Source: a bacterium (GTDB lineage Bacteria > Krumholzibacteriota > Krumholzibacteriia > LZORAL124-64-63). From it: a DNA stretch of 27,301 nt. This document shows, one piece after another, positions 8,230 to 15,350 of the stretch. The stretch lies in the NCBI GenBank assembly GCA_030635025.1, contig DAOVZQ010000001.1, positions 1 to 27,301 on the forward strand, in the 5' to 3' direction. The notes beneath the pieces were generated by a model. The model saw nothing but the letters and a program-made list of their open reading frames with translations, was not told where the DNA came from and made no database searches. Every line of letters starts with the position of its first letter. Within the stretch, counting starts at the first letter, position 1. The position numbers were made by a program, and so were the translations under genes.

Positions 8230-8667
8230 CTACTTCTTGGTGGTCTTTTTCTTCTTCTTGGCGGTTCGTTTCTTGCGGGTCTTCTTCGCGGGTTTCTTGG
8301 GCTTCTCCGGCGCCTCTGGGGCAACCTCTTCGTCGAGATCGATGTGGGTCGCGGGCTCTTCGTCGACCATCGTCGTCACAGGCGCCGGCGCGGCGCCCCG
8401 GCGCGGCAACGCCTCGGGGAACGGGTGCGGATCGTTGCGCCCGCGCACCCTCGGCTTGGCCATCCCAACCAGTTCGATCTTGTCGGTCCGCCACTGCTTG
8501 TGGATCGTCGGGAAAGGACAGCCGGCGCGCTTGAGGGCCTCGACCTGAACGCCGTTGTTGTCGTCCAGGAGCCGTTTGTAGCGGGGCGTGATGTCGAAAT
8601 ACGAGTCCTTCGACACCTTCATGATCTCGCGCCCCGTGTTCTTGAACTTCGTTCCTTTTTCAGGCAT
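8230..8667 (-). CDS. Hypothetical protein with Lys-rich C-terminal tail, 145 aa
   Basis: ATG 8667 with GAGGA RBS; ends KPKKPAKKTRKKRTAKKKKKTTKK. Confidence 0.65.
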   Translation of the reverse strand: MPEKGTKFKNTGREIMKVSKDSYFDITPRYKRLLDDNNGVQVEALKRAGCPFPTIHKQWRTDKIELVGMAKPRVRGRNDPHPFPEALPRRGAAPAPVTTMVDEEPATHIDLDEEVAPEAPEKPKKPAKKTRKKRTAKKKKKTTKK

Positions 8668-8687
8668 CGGACTATCCTCTCTGTCGT

Positions 8688-8749
8688 GTTGGGCGGCGCC
8701 CGGGACCCGTTTACGTGGGCCCCAGACGCCTGCCCGGTTTGCCCCCAAC
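8688..8749 (-). promoter_or_regulatory. Structured RNA element downstream of the capsid gene
   Basis: 14-bp stem GGCGTCTGGGGCCC/GGGTCCCGGGCGCC (3 G-U pairs, loop ACGTAAAC) at 8695..8730, enclosed by GTTGGG/CCCAAC; no U-tract. Confidence 0.45.
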
Positions 8750-8755
8750 GCTATC

Positions 8756-9697
8756 CTACGCCTGGAGGGCGTTCGTGAGCCGGTAGCCGGAGCCAGCGGT
8801 GACGACCTTCTGGTCGTACCAGTGGTTCAGGCGGATCATGTCGGAGATCCGCTCGTCGTCTCGCCAACGACTGACGAGTCGGCCTGCGACCGCGTTCGGA
8901 GACCCATTCCACGCAAACGTCTGGGCCATCGAGTTGCTGCGAATGCCGAGCGCCTCGACGAAGCCGATGTAGACCGTGTCGCTCCAGATCGACGACATGG
9001 AGGCTGCGGCCCCCTTGGCCGACGTGTTTTTCTTCGCCGATGCCACAACAACGCGGTCGACGTTGAAAATCTGTGCGATGGTGGCCTCGTTGACGACGGT
9101 CGGGCGGTCGATACTGCCGGTCGCCTTCGCGCGGTCCACGATCAACGGATGATCTTGGAGCGCCTCGAACACGTCGATGTCCATCCCGATGACGTTCGGC
9201 TGCTTGCCGGTGGCGTCGCGGATGGCCTTGGTGCCGACCTTGACCTCGGCAATCGGATCGCCGGTGTCTTCGTCCCACCCCGCCGTCAGGGCGGTGGTGG
9301 CCGTAACGCCGGCGTCGATGGCGACCTTGAGTGCGATCTCCCTGTCGACGCCGATCATCTCCGTAAGGAAATTCACAACGCCAATTTCGTCGTTGATCGG
9401 CACGTCCGCGTTCTGCAAGACCTCGTCGGGGAGGGGCTCGGTGAGCGCGTGGTCGTTGGCAGAGTAACTGCCGGTCGTGAAGTGCCGCGTCACGACCTCG
9501 GCCTTCGTCCCGGGCGCGCGGTTCGTGGCTTGCTGGCGCGCCGCCTCTCTCAGGACGTCGTTGATGAAATAGACATCCGATTGCTTGACAACCGCAATGC
9601 TCGGCGCCAACGCGTCAGCCATGAAAACGCCGTTCGCGAACTCAATCGAGACGTTGGTGAGCGCTGCATCTTCGTGTACTTCTTTCAGATCTGGCAT
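8756..9697 (-). CDS. Major capsid protein (HK97 fold, capsid-E/Mu gpT-like group)
   Basis: 313 aa. HEDAALTNVSIEFANGVFMADALAPSIAVVKQS start and DPIAEV..TGKQPNVIGMDIDVFEALQDHP segment are typical of this MCP group; follows protease and cement genes. Confidence 0.92.
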   Translation of the reverse strand: MPDLKEVHEDAALTNVSIEFANGVFMADALAPSIAVVKQSDVYFINDVLREAARQQATNRAPGTKAEVVTRHFTTGSYSANDHALTEPLPDEVLQNADVPINDEIGVVNFLTEMIGVDREIALKVAIDAGVTATTALTAGWDEDTGDPIAEVKVGTKAIRDATGKQPNVIGMDIDVFEALQDHPLIVDRAKATGSIDRPTVVNEATIAQIFNVDRVVVASAKKNTSAKGAAASMSSIWSDTVYIGFVEALGIRSNSMAQTFAWNGSPNAVAGRLVSRWRDDERISDMIRLNHWYDQKVVTAGSGYRLTNALQA

Positions 9698-9720
9698 GGT
9701 TCTGTTCTCCTTTGTCTCGG

Positions 9721-10125
9721 TTAGGCGATGGAGCGCTCGGACCCAGGCGGCAACACGAAGACGGGAATGAGTTCCCCGGCTGTCGTAGACGCCGCAAGGG
9801 CGATGGCGAAGATCTTGTCCAGGTCGGTGGTCGACTTGACGCCGCGCCCGCTGGCATCGGCCAACAGGTAGTCGCCAGCCGCAATCGCGCCAGCGTTACC
9901 ATCCACCGTGCACCAGGTCTTGCCGTAGACGACAACCTCAACGTCTTTGTTGGCCTCGGTCGTGGTCTGGCCGGTGACGCCAAAGACCTGCTCGCCAGCG
10001 CCGACAAGGTCAACCGAGACCTTCGTGGCGTCGGTGTTTGTGGTGTCCAGTTCCACCGCAAAATACCGAGCAATAGCGACCCCGGATGTGGCAGGAATGG
10101 AGATGTTTGCATTGCCTTCAGCCAT
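9721..10125 (-). CDS. Capsid cement / decoration protein (DUF2190-like)
   Basis: 134 aa, VFGVT...KDVEVVVYG...AGAIAAGDYLLADASGRGV...AIALAAST.AGELIPVFV; between scaffold and MCP. Confidence 0.8.
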   Translation of the reverse strand: MAEGNANISIPATSGVAIARYFAVELDTTNTDATKVSVDLVGAGEQVFGVTGQTTTEANKDVEVVVYGKTWCTVDGNAGAIAAGDYLLADASGRGVKSTTDLDKIFAIALAASTTAGELIPVFVLPPGSERSIA

Positions 10126-10191
10126 AATGGCTCTCCCTCGGGCCTACTCTCAATTCGGCCCATGTGTGGTGTGTTTCTTCACTCGGCGCCA

Positions 10192-10650
10192 CTACGACTT
10201 CTTCGGGCCGAGCGAGCGGAGGGCATCCGTGTAGGAAGTCCCGTCCTTGGCGGCCTTTTCCTTGGCGGCGGCGTCCAGTTGACTCCGGTCGTTGAGATCC
10301 GGGGTCCCTTCGTCATCGCCCATGCCTTTGACCTCGCCGCCCTTCTCTTCGGCGAAGGTCATGCCCAGCGCGACATTCTCGATCGCACCGGCCACGCCCT
10401 CGTCGGTCTCGGCGTCGGCGAACTGTTCGCGAAGTTTGGTCTTGGCGTCGTCGGGCAGTTCGGCATTGGCGATAGCGTCCTCGATCTTCTGGGACATTTC
10501 CGCCTTGGCCTTGTCTGCCTCGAACGCGTCCACCTTCGCGGTGAGTTCGGCAACTTCGCCGTCCTTCGTGTCCAGAGCGGCCTTGAATTCGTCCCGCTCC
10601 TTTGTGGCTACGTCCAGGTCGGCCTGGAGAGCCTCTTCTTTGTCCGCCAT
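10192..10650 (-). CDS. Nested scaffolding protein from an internal in-frame start, 152 aa
   Basis: GAGGAGACTATCATG: strong RBS before in-frame Met388, exactly where the coiled coil MADKEEALQADLD begins; analogous to Mu I/Z and lambda C/Nu3. Confidence 0.65.
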   Translation of the reverse strand: MADKEEALQADLDVATKERDEFKAALDTKDGEVAELTAKVDAFEADKAKAEMSQKIEDAIANAELPDDAKTKLREQFADAETDEGVAGAIENVALGMTFAEEKGGEVKGMGDDEGTPDLNDRSQLDAAAKEKAAKDGTSYTDALRSLGPKKS

Positions 10651-11811
10651 GATAGTCTCCTCGTGTTGCTCTTGGATTTCCTGGACGATATCGGGCCGAG
10701 CCCGCGTGAACGTCTCCAGGTCGATCTCGGACAGATTGATGGCCTGTCCAGCCGTTACTGCCTTCTCGATCCACTCGGGGACCGTCTCGCCGAGGGCCTC
10801 GTAGTCCGTGGCGAGCTGCGCAGCGGCGTAGCGCGCCAGATCAGCGTCCTTGCACATCTCGGCGACCTTGGCGTGCTGTTCCCCGAACCCGCCGGGCGTG
10901 TAGTGCGCGACGGCCTGGCCAAGGCGCTCCTTGGTCGGCCCGCTGTCCTTGTCCTCCCATGTCCGCAGGGCCCAGGTGGTCGGGTCGTTTTCGTCCAGAG
11001 CCAATGCGAAGGCCCCGCGCGGCAGCGGCTTGCCGTCGATGACGACCACGGACTCGTTCATCTTGACGGCCGCCGGGATCTCGTCCTCGGGGACCCCGAT
11101 GGAGCGATAGGCCGAGCGGATGGTCCGCTTGACCCCGGCCACGGCGTTGCTCGGAACCTCGGTGCGGCGGCCGTGAAAGCCCTGGGGCGAGAACGCGGCG
11201 GCGGCCCGGCCCAACTGCGTGCGGGTGACCTTGTCCTCGGTGTTCTCCCAGAGCCGCAACCGCCAGCCGCTTGAGTCCTCGGCGTCGGGGACGTAGGCGA
11301 AGGCCTCGGCGGGGAAGGCTTGGCCGGCCTCGCTCTTTGTCTCCTGGAGATCCTCGGCCGATTCGGCATCAAAATCGAAAGAGTCATACTTGCCGTCCGC
11401 CCCGTCATCGGAAAACGCAATCTTCCGCATCCCCTTGACGTGAGGAACGCCTGCGCCCAAGAACGTCACGGCGCGCAAGCCGACGGGGTCGTGCCAAACC
11501 TCGATAGACCGCGTTTTGTATCGCCCAGCCTTCACGGCTTCCATCAGATCCGTGGCCATGCCTGTCAGGCGGGCAAAAATGCTGTTGCCCCGGCGCTCAA
11601 TCTTCTCGACCCACCCCGCCGCAGGGCCTTCTTGGGCATGGTCAAGGGTCACGGGCGCTTCATGTTGGGCCGGGTTGTACCCCTGCGCCATGGCGTCGAG
11701 ATCCTTTCGGCCGAACTTGCCCTTGTAGCCATAGTCACCCGTGCGGAAGATCTCAACATCGTGAAACGCCGCGCTCAGATCGTTGGCCTTACCCTTTTCG
11801 TCGTCAGGCAT
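10192..11811 (-). CDS. Mu gpI-like prohead protease fused to scaffold, 539 aa
   Basis: Start MPDD at 11811 with GAGGAG RBS. VEIFRTG, EAPVTLDH..GPAAGWV, YKTRSIE and LRAVTFLGAGVPHVKGM motifs; acidic coiled-coil C-terminus. Confidence 0.85.
   Translation of the reverse strand: MPDDEKGKANDLSAAFHDVEIFRTGDYGYKGKFGRKDLDAMAQGYNPAQHEAPVTLDHAQEGPAAGWVEKIERRGNSIFARLTGMATDLMEAVKAGRYKTRSIEVWHDPVGLRAVTFLGAGVPHVKGMRKIAFSDDGADGKYDSFDFDAESAEDLQETKSEAGQAFPAEAFAYVPDAEDSSGWRLRLWENTEDKVTRTQLGRAAAAFSPQGFHGRRTEVPSNAVAGVKRTIRSAYRSIGVPEDEIPAAVKMNESVVVIDGKPLPRGAFALALDENDPTTWALRTWEDKDSGPTKERLGQAVAHYTPGGFGEQHAKVAEMCKDADLARYAAAQLATDYEALGETVPEWIEKAVTAGQAINLSEIDLETFTRARPDIVQEIQEQHEETIMADKEEALQADLDVATKERDEFKAALDTKDGEVAELTAKVDAFEADKAKAEMSQKIEDAIANAELPDDAKTKLREQFADAETDEGVAGAIENVALGMTFAEEKGGEVKGMGDDEGTPDLNDRSQLDAAAKEKAAKDGTSYTDALRSLGPKKS
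10762..11319 (-). repeat. Tandem ~87-aa protein domain repeat inside the protease/scaffold
   Basis: Repeat 1 (aa 165-250) and repeat 2 (aa 262-350) share 19 identities over the first 47 ungapped positions. Confidence 0.75.
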
Positions 11812-13489
11812 CGTCTGTCTCCTCTTGGTCGCCGTCGGCCGCCCCTGTTTCATCGTCGGGGGCGCTATCGGGCTCATTCTTGGCTCGCAACGTCTGTGTC
11901 AGCGCCTGCACGCTCTCGCGCATCGCAAGGTATCCCTCGGCGCTCGACATGCCGGGCTCGTCGTCATCCTCGGTGGCCTCTGCTTCCACGTCGTCGGGGT
12001 TCTCGACCCCCATGAGTGTCAGGGTGAGCCGCCGCACCTGCTCGTCGCCCTGGAGCCCCAGGGCTGTGGCCGCCGCCGCAACGGCCTTCAGTCGCTCGGC
12101 CGCCTCTTCCTCTTCCACCGGCGCGGCGAGGATGGTGACATTGTTGCTCCCGGTGTCGCTCCCCGCCGACTGCTCGAGCGCGAACTCGGAGATCAGCGCA
12201 TAGGTGTCGGTCAGCAACTTCTGGTACGCGGAGAACATCCGGATCATCGGCCCGACCATGGCCGTCGCGGTCGCCAGGCGGAACGATTCGCCGGCCCCCA
12301 GGTAGATTGGGAAGATCCCGGCATAGAGGCCGCACGCCTGGAGGAGTTGGCCCCCGTCCTTGATGGCGTCGCCCCCGCCGGTCTCCTGCTTGATCTCGAC
12401 GGGCGCCACAGCCTGGTTGTGTACCTCTTCGGACCCGTAGGCGTGCGGTGGGTTCGTGTCCGTGCGATCGGTCGCGGTGATCGTCGAATCACGGGCCGCG
12501 ACGAAGTTCGCCACATCTGTCGGGCCGCCCTTGATAGCCGTCTTGGTGATAAACTGGGCGCGGGCCTGCTGGATCGCCGACCGGGCCTTCATGAACTTCA
12601 GGAACAGGAACGCCCAGTCCATGCAACCGGCCAAGACGGACAGCCCCGTGCTGTCGAACCCTACGGCGTTGAACATCAGGTGATAGACGGCGGCCTTCTC
12701 GGTAAATCGGACCTTGCTGCCGTGTGTGACCTTCACCGTGCCGTCCTCGGCGACATTCACCGCGTGGGCGTTCTCGGCGAGCGTCGTGTCTTCCGTGACG
12801 GTCACGTTCTTTTCCCGGAAGGCGTCGAGGGACAGATAGAGCCACGTGGTCTTCTTCTGGGCCTTGTCAACCGTCTCGCGGACGTAGAGCCATACCTCGT
12901 CCGAGTCCTCGGGGTTCGAGATAGTGCCGACCATCTGCAGTGAATCGATGACCCGGACCTTGACCACCCCGTTGGTCACGAACAGCGCATAGTACAGGTT
13001 GCCGTCCACCAGGGTGCGGTCCGAGTTGCGGCGCTGGCCGAAGGAAGAGAGCTGCAGGCGGTTTGCCGGGTGTTCCCAGAAGGCGTCGAGTGTGTCCTGT
13101 TTGCCCTCTTCCTCGGCCTTGTGGGCCACAATCCCGTTCCCGATGCTGTAGTCTGTCCACATCCGGACGATCTGATGGGAGGGCCCATCCCAGCGGAAGA
13201 ACTTGCGGGCGCGCTGCGCCACCTTTTTGTTCGTGAGCGAGCTCGCCGCGTCGCCCCGCCCGGTCAGACCCGCAAACAACCTCTCGCTCGTTTGGCGGAA
13301 TTCCTGGTACTCAGCGTCGACGCGCATCAACAGGGCATCGCGGTCGGACACGGCGCCGCCCGCAGTCGAAGCCATCTCGACCGTGGCGGCCGTGTCGGAC
13401 ATAGCGGTCGCGGGAGCGGCCTTGCCCTTCTTGCGGGGGGTGCGTTTTGTGGTCGTTTTCGCCATCGTTTGCGCTCTTGGTGCTCGCAT
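11804..13489 (-). CDS. Portal protein
   Basis: About 560 aa (alternative start 13465) directly upstream of and overlapping the protease; helical/beta pattern, FWEHPANRL..LVDGNLYYAL segment, acidic disordered tail. Called mainly from size and synteny. Confidence 0.8.
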   Translation of the reverse strand: MRAPRAQTMAKTTTKRTPRKKGKAAPATAMSDTAATVEMASTAGGAVSDRDALLMRVDAEYQEFRQTSERLFAGLTGRGDAASSLTNKKVAQRARKFFRWDGPSHQIVRMWTDYSIGNGIVAHKAEEEGKQDTLDAFWEHPANRLQLSSFGQRRNSDRTLVDGNLYYALFVTNGVVKVRVIDSLQMVGTISNPEDSDEVWLYVRETVDKAQKKTTWLYLSLDAFREKNVTVTEDTTLAENAHAVNVAEDGTVKVTHGSKVRFTEKAAVYHLMFNAVGFDSTGLSVLAGCMDWAFLFLKFMKARSAIQQARAQFITKTAIKGGPTDVANFVAARDSTITATDRTDTNPPHAYGSEEVHNQAVAPVEIKQETGGGDAIKDGGQLLQACGLYAGIFPIYLGAGESFRLATATAMVGPMIRMFSAYQKLLTDTYALISEFALEQSAGSDTGSNNVTILAAPVEEEEAAERLKAVAAAATALGLQGDEQVRRLTLTLMGVENPDDVEAEATEDDDEPGMSSAEGYLAMRESVQALTQTLRAKNEPDSAPDDETGAADGDQEETDDA

Positions 13490-13518
13490 TCCGCCTCAGC
13501 GGTTCCCGACGGTGGGGA

Positions 13519-14574
13519 TCAAGCCTCAGGTTCCACCTCTTGCTCGCCGGGCGGTGGTCTCAGAATCGGCTCGACGATGAGCCCGATGACCGCGGTGGTC
13601 CCCACCAGCCGAAGAAATGATTGCTGGCCGGCCGGACTCACGCCCTCGGCGACCGATGCCCTTGTGGCGCCGAGGGTCACGATTGAGCAGCGGCAACGGG
13701 GATGTCCCGGCGTGTTCGTATGCCCAGAACCGAACGCCCCCCGGATATCGATCCGCCCATCCGCCTCGTTGGGCTCACAGATCTGCTGAGACACTCGATC
13801 ATCGCCCACGGTGATCCACGTCTTCTGCGTGGAACCGAGCGACAACCCTTTCTCAAGGGCCGCGGTGGACATCATCGAGTTCATCTCGGTGTTGGCTATC
13901 AGCGCCGCCCGGTCGTCGCTGAAACTGTCGAACTTGGCGCGCAGGGCCCGCGCCACGTCTGCCACGCCCCTGTTTTTCTGGCGGAGGGCCCGTGCGATGG
14001 TCTCCGACAACTCTGTCAGCGACGTTTCGTCGAGCCCGACCACCCGGCCGGTGGACCACGCGCGGGCAAACTGGCGGATCTCTTCGGGTACAGGCAGGTC
14101 GCGGATGCCAGGAATCACCTCGACGAATCGGGCGGGGCAGGAAAACTGGGGCACCTCAGGCGCAGGCAGGCCGAACTCCTTGACAGCGGCGTCCTGGACC
14201 TGGCGGGCGGACTCGGTGTAGGCGACGGCCCCGTTCTCAGAGAGCAGGGTCTCCAGCCGGTCGGACAGCGCATCGACGGACGGGGAGATGATGGCCCGCG
14301 CCTGCTGCTCGATCTGGGCGACCTCTCCATCCGATGCCTCGCGGTCGGAGGGGATCACCTGGGCCCACTGGGCGGACAGGGCGGCGATGGACCGGCGTGG
14401 CATAGCCCGCTCGAGGGCCCGGAAATACCGCTGGAGGCGCTCGGTGGTCGCGTTGACGATCCGCCGGCCGTTGCGGCTCGACACGGACCCCGGTACCTCG
14501 GCCGACGTTTCGTCGAGGAAGGCGCGGAGATCCTGGACAAGGCCTGCGGGGTCTGGGGGGGCGGCGATTACCAT
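13519..14574 (-). CDS. Head morphogenesis protein (SPP1 gp7 / Mu gpF-like)
   Basis: RAALIANTE, KTWITVGDDRV..IC..NE and PGHPRCRCSI motifs; ATG 14574 overlaps the upstream TGA. Confidence 0.88.
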   Translation of the reverse strand: MVIAAPPDPAGLVQDLRAFLDETSAEVPGSVSSRNGRRIVNATTERLQRYFRALERAMPRRSIAALSAQWAQVIPSDREASDGEVAQIEQQARAIISPSVDALSDRLETLLSENGAVAYTESARQVQDAAVKEFGLPAPEVPQFSCPARFVEVIPGIRDLPVPEEIRQFARAWSTGRVVGLDETSLTELSETIARALRQKNRGVADVARALRAKFDSFSDDRAALIANTEMNSMMSTAALEKGLSLGSTQKTWITVGDDRVSQQICEPNEADGRIDIRGAFGSGHTNTPGHPRCRCSIVTLGATRASVAEGVSPAGQQSFLRLVGTTAVIGLIVEPILRPPPGEQEVEPEA

Positions 14575-14912
14575 CAAGGGGTCCCGTGTGGTGTCTGAAT
14601 ATGGGCCGTGACGGCGTCGACCAAGCGGTCAACGGTCTTGCTCTGCGCTTCGGCAGCTGCGGCCGTCCGGGCGGCGTCGACGGATATGTCCAGTATGGCT
14701 TTCTGCATCGCCTGCCGGTCAGAGTCGGTTTTCACCGAAAGAGAGTCGATGGCAGCGGTATTCACGGCGATAGTCGTCGTCTGCGTGGTCTCCCGCGCCT
14801 CATCTGCGACCGCCGGGTCCCGTATTGCCCCGAAGAGCGCAAGTGCGGCCACGAGAAAGGCTCCGATTCCTGCGGTGGTGTTCTTGGCAACCTGCTTCGC
14901 CTTGGGAGACAT
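14574..14912 (-). CDS. Single-TM coiled-coil protein (holin-like or exported; uncertain)
   Basis: AGIGAFLVAALALFGAI hydrophobic segment followed by Ala-rich helices; AGGA RBS. Confidence 0.5.
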   Translation of the reverse strand: MSPKAKQVAKNTTAGIGAFLVAALALFGAIRDPAVADEARETTQTTTIAVNTAAIDSLSVKTDSDRQAMQKAILDISVDAARTAAAAEAQSKTVDRLVDAVTAHIQTPHGTP

Positions 14913-14948
14913 TCGCCATCCTGTCCTGACAGTGGTGGTCTGACATGG

Positions 14949-14988
14949 AAAAACGCCCCTGCCTCCCCGGGTGGGGAAACAGAGGCGT
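14949..14988 (-). terminator. Intrinsic terminator-like hairpin
   Basis: ACGCCTCTGTTTCCCC-ACCC-GGGGAGGCAGGGGCGT (16 bp with G-U pairs) followed by a short U run. Confidence 0.6.
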
Positions 14989-15042
14989 CGGCTCTTTGGC
15001 CGGGGCTTCTGGTCTTGCTATGTCACGTGCCGAGAGGGGCTG

Positions 15043-15222
15043 TTAAGCGTCTTCCGGCTTCGTGGTCTCCTCAAACTCGGCGAGAGTAGCCAACACGGAC
15101 TTGACGTTGCCAGCCAAGTTTTGCAGTTGCCGCACAACCGCGCCCAAGACTTTCATCGACTCCTGGATCGCCGCGCCCTCCTGTGTTGCATGGGTGTCGC
15201 CTTTGGATGCTTTCGCCATCAT
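15043..15222 (-). CDS. Small helical hypothetical protein, ~59 aa
   Basis: MMAKASKGDTHATQEGAAIQESMKVLGAVVRQLQNLAGNVKSVLATLAEFEETTKPEDA; amphipathic heptads. Confidence 0.55.
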   Translation of the reverse strand: MMAKASKGDTHATQEGAAIQESMKVLGAVVRQLQNLAGNVKSVLATLAEFEETTKPEDA

Positions 15223-15243
15223 GCGTTCGCCTTGTCGGTGGTT

Positions 15244-15309
15244 GGGGGTCGGCCGGCCCGAAGGGGGTGAGTCGGGGAGGATGCCGACTCGTCTCGGGGG
15301 CCGACCCCC
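15244..15309 (-). promoter_or_regulatory. Branched GC-rich RNA structure in an intergenic leader
   Basis: Perfect 11-bp arms GGGGGTCGGCC/GGCCGACCCCC enclose a 7-bp hairpin GAGTCGG/CCGACTC and a CC-TTCG-GG mini-loop. Confidence 0.45.
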
Positions 15310-15344
15310 GTAGGACTCTACCCGTAACGCATGGGCGGGGGCGG

Positions 15345-15350
15345 TGTCAA
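15345..15350 (-). promoter_or_regulatory. Possible sigma70 -35 hexamer TTGACA
   Basis: Perfect TTGACA overlapping the TGA stop of the 696-aa gene; no convincing -10 at 17 bp. An inverted copy lies at 15360..15365. Confidence 0.25.

Noticed and set aside
8588-12943. Long plus-strand ORFs (8588..9724, 9712..11274, 11783..12943) and similar ones elsewhere
   Set aside because: They are antisense shadows of well-supported minus-strand genes in GC-rich DNA, with no RBS, no motifs and atypical composition.
14574-14912. Firm holin or lysis cassette call
   Set aside because: Only one TM and no endolysin or spanin pair recognisable in the window; it could equally be an exported protein (PAVA-DE is a possible cleavage site).
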